Program-made: the position numbers and the translations under genes | Shown here: positions 1 through 11,100 of the stretch, one piece after another | Layout of the letters: each line of letters opens with the position of its first letter | How positions within the stretch are numbered: the first letter of the stretch is position 1 | NCBI GenBank assembly: GCA_973895155.1 | Contig: OZ316894.1 | Span: 1,402,953 to 1,466,952, forward strand | Source: Marsupella aquatica | Lineage: Eukaryota; Plantae; Marchantiophyta | DNA: 64,000 nt | Reading direction: 5' to 3' | The notes under the pieces: generated by a model | The model's input: only the letters and a program-made list of their open reading frames with translations | What the model was told of the DNA's origin: nothing | The model's database searches: none

Positions 1-159
1 AGTGGGTAACCAAGGGGTACTCGATATAATTGGACTCTGTTTGAGAGTGAGGAGGGATGAACATGCCCGGTTTGACCTTGCCCGTCAAACTGGGCGTTTT
101 CGAGTGGCAAATTGACAACCCGGCACCCGGGTTCGGAAGCAGTCCGGGAAAGGAAACGT

Positions 160-410
160 CCGGTTCGGGGTTCGGGTTCGGGAGGAGGTTCGGGAGGGGG
201 TTCGGGGTGGGGTCCGGGTGGGGTTCGGGTCCGGGAGGCCGGGGTGGGTCCGGGTGGGGTTCAGGGTTCGGGGTCCGGTTCGGGGTTCGGGGTCCGGTTC
301 GGGGTTGGAAGTTCGAGGTTCGGGATTGAGGCTCGGAGAATTAGGGTTTCGCGATTTAGGGTTGGAGGATGGGGCCGGCCGGGAAAGGGTCGGGGGCTCG
401 GGAGAGGATA
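160..410. repeat. Left subterminal G-rich GGGTTCGG/GGGTCCGG repeats with TTAGGG telo-box-like motifs
   Basis: Visible short-period repeats; low-complexity Gly/Pro ORFs in all frames. Confidence 0.85.
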
Positions 411-604
411 AAAGGAGGAGATCCCTCCTCCCCCTCCTCATTTTTGGTTTTGCAGAAAGGAGGAGGACGAGGAGGAGAGGAGGAGGACGAGGAGGAGAGT
501 AGGAGAAGAGGAGGAGGAGGTAAGTGTTTGGTTTTGGTTTTTATTTTTTATTTTTGGTTTGTTTTTGTTTGTTTGTGTTTTAAACCCTAACCTTAGAGCC
601 AAAT

Positions 605-980
605 GGAGGGATATAAAGAAACACTTGTACGCGCACGCTTTGAGCCTCGGTTCGGTTTGCGATACTCCGTACAAGAATTTCTTAATATCACCTTAAAAAT
701 TTAGTCTCCTTTGTTCATTAAGTAAAACATTTGAGGAGATAGAGGAATCCATGTACGCATGCTTAGAGTTTCGGCTCGGTCTGCGATACTTTGCATGGAT
801 ACCACGATTCGCCGAGAATGTTTTTACTTGAATTACAAATGAGTGTTAAGTTATAGACACCAAATCACATATGTCAAAGCAGGAATATAACAACTTTGAA
901 AGAAAAGAACACTTTTGTGCGCATGCTTTGAGCGTCCGCTCGGTCTGCGATATTTCACAACTGTTGTCTTTCTCTTTTAT
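605..980 (+). other. Three copies of a conserved stem-loop motif inside a putative 5'-UTR intron (GTAAG donor about 520, CAG acceptor 1088) upstream of the kinase
   Basis: Core CGCA-YGCTTW-GAGY-loop-GYTC-GGTY-TGCG-ATAY at about 632, 756 and 920, each enclosed by a different self-complementary outer stem. Confidence 0.7.
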
Positions 981-1179
981 TGTTGTTATATTGAAAGGTA
1001 ATTAAAATCATGTGTGCAATAAAAATACATAATGCATGGGAGAAACAAACCGGGAAAAGATAATAACAATACGACTTGTAATTTTCAGGTTGGTCGTTGA
1101 ATCCTTATTGGAAGGATTTTATTTAAATCCCGGTAAGATCTTGTTCCTCCCTCACATATTCCTTTTGTGAAGGGAAAAC

Positions 1180-2835
1180 ATGGCCATCGAAAATTTTAGT
1201 TTAGAGTATAGGCAAGTGTTGGAGATGATCACAAAACATGTGAATGAGGGATATGAGCCGAATCTTGTTGCTCTGGATGCATTGAAGAACGCTCGAAACA
1301 CTCTCGAACATGCTAGGAATTCTAGCAAAGTGGCCGGGAAACAAAAATGGAAGGGGGCAAACGAAGAGGCAAAACAGGTTCGACACAATGTGGTAGTGTC
1401 GATATGGAAAGAGATACTTTATCGCTACACTCAACCGAAACAGTATGGGGTGGACGGGTTCGAGAGGGAGTTCACAAGACACGGAGAGAAAGGATACAAG
1501 AACTTTCTTGGTGAGATAACCCGTTGTATGCGGGAAAGTGTACAAAAGGAGGACAATTTCACACGAGAGCAAATGAAGTCATTTGAAGATGAAACTGAGA
1601 AACCGGGAGGATTTCTGGAAAATTTGACACTCAACTTGGAGAAGCATGTTTGGGATAATTTGGCAGCCAAAGTGGAAGAGGGTGACACTACATTGCTTGG
1701 AAACCCCGGGATGTACACACACAAGAGAGAATTGCTAGCGAAGTGGAGTAAGGAGTTGGCAATGGCGAAATCTGATAGCAATGTCAAATATGCTAACGAG
1801 ATTGTGCACTTTGGGGATGTCAGCATCAAAAGTGCTCGAAAAGGAACACGTCCATCGCGTGTAGTTCCAGAGGTTAGGAGTATCCATTTTCTTAAACCTG
1901 AGCAGGTGCACAACACACATCGCATTGGGAAAGGAATCCAAGGAGAGGTATACACTTGTCGTATATTACATTGTCCTCTCATTCCCGTCAACGTGACCTT
2001 AGTCGCAAAATGGTTCAAGGATGGAGACAAGCATAAGAGACGAACTGACGCATTACAAGAAGTGCTTATGGGAGGACTGAATCATAAGGGAATAGTTGGA
2101 GCTCTTGCGTTGACTATTGAGGATCCGCCAAAACTTATTTACGATCACTATAATGGAGGTGACTTGGGTAGCTTTATTGATAAGTGCGGCATATCGTCAA
2201 AGAGCAAGGGGAAGGCACAGATCACGACGGACCTTGATTTCAAGTTCATTTCGGAGAAGAAACTCTTGTTGGAGAACCGGTTGGGAATCACCTTGGCTTT
2301 GCTGGAGACACTACAATACTTGCATGAGCATGATCAATTTCATTGTGATCTTCACTTTAGAAACATCCTTCTTCATTTCGATCACGAGCACGATGTGGCT
2401 ATTAAGGTGTATGTTGGTTTATGTGATTTTGGCTTGTCTGAGCATAAATCACAGTGCAAATTACCAGCTAATCGGATGTGGCCCACAGCAACAGAAAAAG
2501 CAGCAGCATACCAAAAACAATTTCCACAGTTGGCTCCGGAGCTTGTTCAACCTACCCCTGTCGAGTTTAGTGAAAGTACCGATATATATGCTTTGGGGAA
2601 TATTTTTGAGACATTGTTGACAGAGAATTGGGATGGAATGTCTAAGGGTTCACGGTTTTTGGGGAGGGGTTGGAGTGCACAAGTGCATGGCCCCAAATTG
2701 GATGTCATAATCCGTGAAATGATGGCCACGGATGCCAAGAAAAGAATGGATTGTGCTTTTTGGAGTTTGAAGATAGTTCGAACGTTTCCAGATTGCACAT
2801 TGCATTTGCACAACAGTCCATATCTTAGAGATTAG
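1180..2835 (+). CDS. Intronless protein kinase (551 aa; about 240-aa helical N-terminus plus kinase domain), transposon cargo
   Basis: IGKGIQGEVY glycine loop, VAK lysine, HCDLHFRNIL catalytic loop, DFG, APE and DIYALG are all present in an open ORF. Confidence 0.9.
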   Translation: MAIENFSLEYRQVLEMITKHVNEGYEPNLVALDALKNARNTLEHARNSSKVAGKQKWKGANEEAKQVRHNVVVSIWKEILYRYTQPKQYGVDGFEREFTRHGEKGYKNFLGEITRCMRESVQKEDNFTREQMKSFEDETEKPGGFLENLTLNLEKHVWDNLAAKVEEGDTTLLGNPGMYTHKRELLAKWSKELAMAKSDSNVKYANEIVHFGDVSIKSARKGTRPSRVVPEVRSIHFLKPEQVHNTHRIGKGIQGEVYTCRILHCPLIPVNVTLVAKWFKDGDKHKRRTDALQEVLMGGLNHKGIVGALALTIEDPPKLIYDHYNGGDLGSFIDKCGISSKSKGKAQITTDLDFKFISEKKLLLENRLGITLALLETLQYLHEHDQFHCDLHFRNILLHFDHEHDVAIKVYVGLCDFGLSEHKSQCKLPANRMWPTATEKAAAYQKQFPQLAPELVQPTPVEFSESTDIYALGNIFETLLTENWDGMSKGSRFLGRGWSAQVHGPKLDVIIREMMATDAKKRMDCAFWSLKIVRTFPDCTLHLHNSPYLRD

Positions 2836-3022
2836 AGATTAGGGTTTACACAATTTTGTAAAGGTCACCTTAACGATTATATGTTTATTCATTGTATGTC
2901 AATTACAATGTTCTGCATTTTGTTGATAATATTCTATCAAACTTTGTCGTGAATGCCCAAAATTGTGCTAAATGTGTTTGTACATTGTCAAATATCGCAA
3001 ACCTTTTGTACACATCGCAAAC

Positions 3023-4981
3023 ATGGGACGATGGGAATTGTCTTCTGATGATGAAGACAAAGAGTTCACGACACAACATCTTACCATGCAAGATGGTCAA
3101 GGATCCTATTGTGACGATGAAGCTCTTCGTAATAATGTGTTGGATAATCTTACAACCATTGGCATTCACTATGAGGCTAAACCCAAGGTTGATGGAACAC
3201 CGGTGCCAAACACAAGAACATGGGAAGATGAGGGTATGAAGGATGAATGGAGTATATTAACGCCCAATGTAAATCCTCCCCATGACGAATGGGCAATGAA
3301 TGCAAAGGAATTGGAGATGTTGATGCCAAAGAAAGACTTTTGGCCATTAGCACAACAAGTTTTTCACGATCCGGATCTTTGGGCAACAAGATCATGGGCG
3401 CAAAAAAAAATCACCATGTCCAAAGTAACACATGCAGGTGTTAAATCACATTGGCAGCAACGATACCGAGAGTTTGCTCCACACAAAGCCCAAATGAAAA
3501 TGAGTTCCGTTTACCCTCCTTTTATCCGATGTCTGATTGCTGAATTCATTCTCAAGTGGAAGGTGGATTACCGTTGGGAAAACAGTGCTGGCAAGCTGAC
3601 TCATCAGGTGCATCCATCAGTGGTTGTGATTGCAACGAATAGGAATACAACTATTGCAAAGGACCCTTCAATGGAGACTTCCAACAAGGGATCCAAAAGA
3701 AAGCTAGATGACACTGGGGAGGGATATGCGCATGAGAAGGGGAAAGCGGCTGTACTTCCTTGAGTCTCCATGCCTGACCGTGTAGCACCACCAACCAATG
3801 TGGAGTCAATGCACACCAAAAAACCAATCCTTATAGGTGTTGGGAGTAGAACTCCACATGCAAAGAACAACAATGTTGCTGATGCTAACAAGGATAAGTT
3901 CAACCTGCACAACATATGCAAGAGCTTGGGGGCAGATGTTGCAGAGGTGATTGAGATAAATCTCCGCACGAAGTATGTAGTGGAGCTGTGTGAATGTGGC
4001 AGTATCGAAAAGTTCAAGTCACAATTGCAACAAGCTGATATAAAGATGAGATCACTTGAGAAGAAGCAGAACGAGCTGACGACCAATTGTGAAGTGATGT
4101 TGTACAAGTGTCAATTGTTTGACAAGATGGAAGAAATCAATAAGCGGATAAAACAACTTGCTGAAAAAGAACGTCAATGCAATGAACTGGCACGACTTGA
4201 GGAGAAGGACAAGATCATTAATGATCTTAAAAGTGAACTTGCAACGCAAGCAATCATCATATCAAATCTTCACGAAGAGGTGCAAGAATTTAACAATGGT
4301 GCTTTGGGGATGAGGTCAAACAAAGGGCAAGGTGAATTATCGTCGCCAAATTTTGTTAACATGCAAATCATAGATCTTACAGGGCACAGCAACCTTTTTC
4401 CAGATGTGGAGGTTGACGCAGAAGGTATTGATAGGTTTTTTGATAAGTGGAAAAAGGATGAAACTATGGCAGCATTTGTTCGTGAAAAGGACGACAAGTG
4501 TACTTGGTGCCTATATCCTTGGGGCCCTGAATCTGTTTCCATGTTGGGAACCTGAGGTCATATATGGCATCATGCTTGCTTGTCTAAATGGTTGAAGAAA
4601 AGCCGAAAATGTTGGTGTCGCACACCATTTCATGAACGCGAGTATGAGCAACGAGGATTGTTGAAGCAAATGCCATCAATGGAGACTCAACAAAATACTA
4701 AAGATATGACTGAAGATATGACTGAAGATACTATACCGGCGATGCAAATAGATGAAACTCCCATTGAACATTTCACAATCAATGAATATAATTTGTCAGA
4801 TGGGGAATTTGACAGGTTGTTATTCAGTGGTCGACTCGATGAGTGGAAACAATATGTGGCAGCCAACCAGCCATCAATAGATGAGCAAAATTTGCAACGA
4901 TCCATTCGGCGCCATCGACGACGTCAACAACAGGCAGAGGTGAAAACAGAAGCTGTTGACAATAACAACAAAAGGAACTAA
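3023..4981 (+). pseudogene. Coiled-coil plus RING-H2-like protein (about 650 aa) interrupted by two in-frame TGA codons (3761-3763, 4553-4555)
   Basis: ORFs 2972-3763, 3770-4555 and 4580-4981 share one frame. Read-through gives CTWC-x12-GT*GHIWHHACL-x8-CWCR, preceded by a heptad-like K/E/L-rich segment. Confidence 0.7.
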
Positions 4982-5497
4982 AACCAATAGTCTCTACATT
5001 TTGATGTTATTTTCATGTAGTTACTATTAGAGACATTTTGTTAAAATAGAAGCGGCATATCCTCTTTGACAATTATTTTCAACTTGTAATTGGTAAAGAG
5101 ATTTTGCGGGAGATTTTGGAGTGACATTACATTGCATATCTCGTTGAGTACATATATTTTTCATTGGGGGCATGGCGTCGCCTTTTGGAGAATGTGTATT
5201 TTTGTAAGAATATTCCATCGTCCAATCAGCCATAGGTTTTGGAAGCATATTGTCGGGCTCACAATCATATTTTTGGACAAGTATGAGGAAAATAGACGTG
5301 ATGAGAGACGGTAGCACAGTGGACTCAGGTACTGATCCTTCTCTGAAATCATTTCCAAAAGGAGATCGTGTAGCACAATGAGTTCAACAAAGTCAACATC
5401 GCAATGGTTTTAGCCGCCCAAGTTGAGAATGATTTTGTAGAAGGATGTATACCTAAGTCCACTCACTTTTCCTGTCTTTCATAATTTTTTCCGCTAT

Positions 5498-6825
5498 TGC
5501 TGCTACGGCCAATGACATTGATGCACATGCGAACCGAGGCCAACGCCTACTCCTTTGCCCACCGCAAAAATGGGCCCTCATTACAACTTGAAGTTGAACG
5601 GAGTTTATTTGAGTACGAGAGAAGTTCTAAAAGCAAATGCACTCTCAGGTCAAATTTTCAGGTCCTTCGAGCAAAAAATTACTGAGTATGTCATCGATCC
5701 GTTGGTTTCACAACTTCTCTCGTACTCAAATAAACTCTGTTCAACTTCAAGTAGCGTAGCTGCTACGGCCAATGACATTCATGCGCATGCAAACCGAGGC
5801 CAACGCCTCTACATTTGCCTACCCCAAAAATGGGCCCTGATTAGAACTTGAAGTTGAACAGAGTTTTTTTCATTGTGAGAAGGTTTATTCAAGCAATGGC
5901 ACTCTCAGGTCAAAATTTCAGGTCCTCCTGACTTTGTTATTATTGAATATGTCCGTGCTCTGTTGCTTGAATAAATCTTCTGATAATGAAATGAACTGAC
6001 CAATTACTGGAGTATGGCTGCTACAGCCTATGACATTAATTCGCACAATTGCATGTTTATATCCTCTCCTTTCCGAATTCCAATTCGAGCTTGGACATCC
6101 TCTCGTCAGCTGGTCTCCACTATTGCAGCTGCTCTTCACGCAAACCGAGATAGCAGTCTCTAGAATCCTTGAACCTATTTTATTTCAATGCATCATTCAT
6201 AGTGTTTGAGGAATCCAGAGGTTCGCGTGAGGAGCAACTGAAAGGGTGGAGACCTGCTGACGAGAGGGTGTCCAAGCTCGAATTGGAATTCGGACAAGAG
6301 AGGATATAAACGGGTGAACTTTGACTTGAAATTGGTGACTGTATTTTGCGTCTGCATATCAATTCGGTGACCGATCTTGCGGAATCCCCGTGACCCTGTC
6401 TGATCATCATCATGACATTGCTCTCCTTGGCCACCAATGGGCCCTCATTACAACTTCAAGTTGAACAGGGTTTATATGATTATGAGAAGGTTATTGATTA
6501 TGTAGGCGATGTGTTCATTTCACAACTTCTCTCATAGTCATATAAACTCTGCCCAACTTCAAGTAGTGCAGCTGCTACGGTCAACGATATTCACCCACCC
6601 CAAAAATGGGCCCTCGTTACAACTTCAAGTTCAACTAAGTTTATTTTATTACGAGAAGGTTTATTCAAGCAATGACATTCTCAGGTCCAATAATGAGGTC
6701 CTCTCGACCTCATTATTATTGAATATGACGGTGCTCGATTGCTGGACTAAATCTTCGCATAGTGAAATGAACTAACCAATTAATGGAGGGGGCTGGTATG
6801 GACTACGGCTGCTATGGCCAACAAC
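5498..6825. repeat. Internal about 260-bp repeat array with three fold-back hairpins (5586-5752, 6055-6311, 6453-6564)
   Basis: GCTGCTACGGCCAATGACATT-like unit starts near 5499, 5759, 6017, 6571 and 6808. Inverted arms read directly. Confidence 0.85.
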
Positions 6826-7060
6826 AAGGTACTTTGAAATAGTCAGTGTTGGAGATTTGGAAAACATGTTGCGTTGGTGTGTCTCTATGACATTCTCAAA
6901 TGCAAATACAAATAAATTATTCAATCATTGTACAATAATAAACACACTGCAAGACAATACAATCATGTTACAAAAAATATAATTGTTTATAATTTTGTCT
7001 ATGTCAGATACGACAATATAAGAGTAGCAACACTTGATATTATTCTAATGAAAAGATGCT

Positions 7061-9967
7061 TCAAGGCTGTGAAGAGAAATTTCGTGCATTGTTGTTACAA
7101 TTTTTGCACAAAAGCGCATTCCACTCGTCTTGTTTATCGCCCCAACTGAGTGGATCACGATTGTGTGACTGAACATTGTGCGACGTTTCTTGAAATGATG
7201 ATATTCCTCGAAACCCACCAAGGCCAATAGGCCTGTTCGACGTATATGGATTCATGACACTTGGCCCTGCATACACATTCAAGGGTGGACCTGCATGGTG
7301 TTGCCAGTTTGCATGTGGGTCGTTTGAAGTTTGACCTTCATGATTGTTGTATCCATGAAAAAAGGTTGATGTCCTTCCATCCGTCGGATGCCCTACTGTG
7401 CCTATGCGTTGCTCGTTGAAATATGGTCTGCTTGTGTCAACATCATTCGCAAAGTTCGACCAAGGTGACCTTGGTTGGGAAGGCATCACAAAGTTTGTGT
7501 CCAGTGATGCATCTTCCTCGTCTTGGATTTGCGATTCATCAATTGTAGGATACATCTCCAAATCCATTTCATTCTCCCATTCCTCTGCATCAGTGATGTC
7601 TGTATCTGGTGGAATACGAGTCAAGAACTCACTATCCTTATCCAGTGAAAATCCGTGTAGCAATTCATCAGCATCATCAATTGTATCATAATCTTCGACA
7701 TCTTCTTCACCAAGAGCCGCACGTGTTGCATCGTACTCTTCATTGCTGCACAACTCCATGGAGATAGGTCTAGGTCCATCATTTGTTCTTCTTCTTTGGT
7801 CATAACGTTCATATATAAACGTATGCGGGTTTTGAACATTTGTGAGCCCTTTCTCTACCCTCATGTTTGTAAATACAAACACCAAATCTTTTGCTCGATC
7901 ATTTGTCAATCGATTGCGACTTTTGGAATGTATAAATCCATACGAACTCCAGTTTTGCTCGCAAGCTGATGCGCACACTTTTTGGTGTAAGATTCTTCGC
8001 GCCAGGATTCTCAAATGTTTATAATCTGCACCATACGCATGCCACCACTCTGCTGGACTGACATTACCTATACTTGATTGGGCGGCTCCCATCGCTATTG
8101 ATGTGTTGGGATTTTTTTTTAGGGCGTCAATGGCTTGACTGTGGATGGCAGAAATAAGTTCTCTGACGTCGCGATCATGGTTGATCCCCTCCTTCACCTG
8201 TTGTTCTGAATATCTAGCAATGTATTTACTGAAACCCCTGTAGAGTTCTGGATCTCCAGCGACATCTATGTCCTCATCAAAAAACATTTGGGGATTGAGA
8301 TATGCTGCCGCTAGCATGAAATCAGTGGTAAGAGATTTTATTCGATCCAAATACACTTTTAGTATCTTTGGTTTCAATACCTCTGTTACCAATGGACAAT
8401 CCTCCATGCTTGCTTTCAAAACATCAATCCCTCTTTTCAAACTCCAATACAACCAACCTGATTGCGGAGAATCACCATCAAATTCTCGCAACATCTTGAC
8501 CAACGGAGTAAAGAATTTAATTGTATCCTTCACTTCAACCCAAAATGTATCTTGCTGTATCCACATTTTAAGTTCGTCTGCCTTTCCCCTCGTCATGTGT
8601 CCAGCTGATTTTGGTCGCAATGGAAGTCTATCACGATAAGACTGCCAATTATCATCAATGACCATCTGTTGTAAAGCTCCTCTTAGCTCCAACGCTCTTT
8701 GTGCCATTAGGAAATTGATCGCAAATCTAGTTGCATTCGGATTCAACAGTTTTTTGTCAGGAGATTTTCTTGCAAATATTGCAGAAAGCTTTTGCGATGA
8801 TGAAACTGCTTTTACTATCCACCTCAACCGTTTAAAAATCTTTTGGAATGGATTCTGTCCAACATCATCTAACACTACACGCTTGTGACCACACATATCC
8901 TCTAGCAGCAAATTAAACACGTGGGCAGCACACCAGCTCCAAGTGACATGAGGATACTTTTTCATGACTACCTCACAACCTGCTACGTGATTTGCGGGTG
9001 CTCCATCGGTTACGATTTGAATAATATGATCTGCACCAATATCCTCAATGTATTTCAACCACATGTCGCCAAGATATTTCCCATCTTTCTTGTCAGCTTG
9101 CGTAGCATTCCAACTATCCAAGAAGCAGTCACCTTTAGAAGTCAACAACATGACATTCATCAAAGGTTCTCTTTGGACGTTTTCCCATCCATCTGAAGAA
9201 AGAGAATACCCATAAGGTTTTGCCTCCTTTAAAGTTTGCGTCATGTCCTTTGTGAGATCCTCCTTACTGTCTTCCAATAATTTCAATCGCAAACTTCGCA
9301 TCGTAGGTAGAGAATAACCATTGACAATCCCTTTTGAAGTCTCTATGATTGCTTCTCGAAAAAAAGGATTATTTGAAACATTGAATGGAATACCACTGGT
9401 GTAGAAAGCTTTCGCCCAAAGCTTATCCAAATTTGTTCTATTTGGAATTTGATAGGCATCCATAATTGGGTTAGGAAGATTTACTGGCCTATCTCCTTCC
9501 CTTACATGTGTATCATCCATGTCAACATAGTTTGACCCTCGTGTGGATGCTTGCGAATATGAACTTCCAACGCTTGGCCTACGACCTCTCACATCCCGCA
9601 AGATATGACTTCCATCCCGTCGTTTGTACTTTAAGGTCGGTGGAACCTTTATCACATTGTACATAATGTTGATGGCATCCAAATCGACGACACCATAGAG
9701 TTGCATGCAAGGGGGCGCATCCCCTTTTTGGATGTTTCCCATCAAATGCGCCTTTGCTCGTGTTGCATGATGAGTAACGTATGTTAAACAATACTTGCAT
9801 CTTCGATAGATACGATTGACATCATGACATGTTGAAGGCGCATCACATCGTTCAAAATATCTCCACACTGGAGATTGTTTTGAAGGGTGTTCTTGCACAC
9901 GAGTTGGACCAGGCCTGGGAGTAGTGGAATGATATCCAGTTTCATGCGAATCCTCTTCATCGGACAT
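7061..9967 (-). CDS. hAT transposase (968 aa from MSDEED): BED zinc finger, DUF659/RNase H-like core, hATC dimerization domain
   Basis: VWRYF..CKYC..AKAHL, SSDGW, QIVTDGA, WCAAHVFNL, NATRF, EWWHAYG, SASACE-like CASACEQNWS and RNRL motifs; uninterrupted ORF. Confidence 0.95.
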   Translation of the reverse strand: MSDEEDSHETGYHSTTPRPGPTRVQEHPSKQSPVWRYFERCDAPSTCHDVNRIYRRCKYCLTYVTHHATRAKAHLMGNIQKGDAPPCMQLYGVVDLDAINIMYNVIKVPPTLKYKRRDGSHILRDVRGRRPSVGSSYSQASTRGSNYVDMDDTHVREGDRPVNLPNPIMDAYQIPNRTNLDKLWAKAFYTSGIPFNVSNNPFFREAIIETSKGIVNGYSLPTMRSLRLKLLEDSKEDLTKDMTQTLKEAKPYGYSLSSDGWENVQREPLMNVMLLTSKGDCFLDSWNATQADKKDGKYLGDMWLKYIEDIGADHIIQIVTDGAPANHVAGCEVVMKKYPHVTWSWCAAHVFNLLLEDMCGHKRVVLDDVGQNPFQKIFKRLRWIVKAVSSSQKLSAIFARKSPDKKLLNPNATRFAINFLMAQRALELRGALQQMVIDDNWQSYRDRLPLRPKSAGHMTRGKADELKMWIQQDTFWVEVKDTIKFFTPLVKMLREFDGDSPQSGWLYWSLKRGIDVLKASMEDCPLVTEVLKPKILKVYLDRIKSLTTDFMLAAAYLNPQMFFDEDIDVAGDPELYRGFSKYIARYSEQQVKEGINHDRDVRELISAIHSQAIDALKKNPNTSIAMGAAQSSIGNVSPAEWWHAYGADYKHLRILARRILHQKVCASACEQNWSSYGFIHSKSRNRLTNDRAKDLVFVFTNMRVEKGLTNVQNPHTFIYERYDQRRRTNDGPRPISMELCSNEEYDATRAALGEEDVEDYDTIDDADELLHGFSLDKDSEFLTRIPPDTDITDAEEWENEMDLEMYPTIDESQIQDEEDASLDTNFVMPSQPRSPWSNFANDVDTSRPYFNEQRIGTVGHPTDGRTSTFFHGYNNHEGQTSNDPHANWQHHAGPPLNVYAGPSVMNPYTSNRPIGLGGFRGISSFQETSHNVQSHNRDPLSWGDKQDEWNALLCKNCNNNARNFSSQP

Positions 9968-10042
9968 TGTTACGACTCTCAATGGTAAAAAAATAAAAGG
10001 GTTGATTCTTTTGATTTTGTGAATATAACAAATATAGTACAA

Positions 10043-10398
10043 TGGGTTACTTTCCTGAATTATCGCAGACTGGGCCTAAGCTCAAAGCATGCGCAGGAAA
10101 GTTTCCCAAATTCTTATATTTGTCAACATCCCTACTTCAACCTATGTTATGTAATATCTATAACTTCACAATAGTTTATCTTTGAAGTGAACATATGTAC
10201 GAGAAATCGTGATACCCATACGAAATATCATAGACCGAGCCAAAGCTCTAAGCATATGCACATGGGTATCTCTTTACTCGCAAGTAGTTCACTTTCAAAC
10301 AAAACAATGATGCAAAGTTGTTAAGGCGATATAAGGAACTTCTCGTACGAATTATCGCAGACCGAGCCGAGCTCAAAGCATGCGCGTACAAGAGTTCC
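10043..10398 (-). other. Three copies of the same stem-loop motif, inverted, upstream of the transposase
   Basis: Plus-strand TATCGCAGAC..GAGC..GCTCAAAGCATGCG-like cores at about 10061, 10226 and 10353, each with a self-complementary flank. Confidence 0.7.
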
Positions 10399-10543
10399 AA
10401 TGTATCCCTCCGATCTCTCCCTAATGCTAAACCACAAGAGAGAGAAACACAATGAGACTTTGGATTAGTGAAATGAATTAGTTATTCCTACTTATACTAA
10501 ATCATCTACTTCTTATCCTCTCTTAAAACTCTTAATCTTCGAT

Positions 10544-11100
10544 CCTAACCCTAATCGCGCCTCCCTTAACCCTAATCTCGCTCCCCTAACCCTAATCCCG
10601 CCCCTAACTCTTCCCCGGCCGCCAGTTCCCGAGCCCCGTCCCCGAACCCCGCACCCCGTTCCCCGAACCCCGCACCCCGTTCCCCGAACCCCGTTCCCCG
10701 CATCCCCGAACCCCCTACCCGAACCCCCTTCCCCGAACCCCCTACCTCGTTCCCCGAACCCCGTTCCCCGAATCCCCGAATCCCGGCCCCCCTTTCCCGC
10801 CCCCCCTTCCCCGGTTCCCCGAATGCCCCCCGTCCCCGGTTCCCCGAATCCCGTCCCCCGGGCCCCCTTTACCCCGGCCGGCCCCGGAAGGGTCCGGGCA
10901 GGGTTCGGGTGGGGGTCCGGGGAGGGTCCAGGAAAGGCCCGAGAGTCCGGGGAGTGTTCGGGGGAGGGTCCGGGGAGGGTCCGGGAAGGGCCCGGGAGTC
11001 CGGGTTCGGGTCAGGGGGAGTTCGGGTTCAGGTCCGGGGTGCTCGGGAGGAGTTCGCGAAAGGTCCGGGGAAGTCGGGGTTCGTTCGGGAGAATCTTCAG
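10544..11100. repeat. Right subterminal region: AACCCTAA telo-box-like motifs, C-rich CCCCGAACC repeats, then G-rich repeats
   Basis: Visible; mirror image of the left end, with a C-rich to G-rich switch at about 10880. Confidence 0.85.

Noticed and set aside
57-590. Gly/Pro/Arg-rich ORFs at the left end (and at 10742-11148)
   Set aside because: By-products of GC-rich subterminal repeats that are open in several frames.
605-980. Regularly spaced motif resembling a CRISPR array or a 5S rRNA mimic
   Set aside because: Eukaryotic context, no cas genes, and the flanks are self-complementary stems rather than spacers. Similarity to 5S is only a few bases.
4553-4555. TGA as selenocysteine
   Set aside because: Land plants lack the Sec machinery, no convincing SECIS was seen, and a second TGA lies outside any recognisable Cys motif.
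10544-10600. Telomere or interstitial telomeric array (also 45605-45640, 47229-47245)
   Set aside because: Only a few dispersed AACCCTAA units; better read as telo-box-like motifs.
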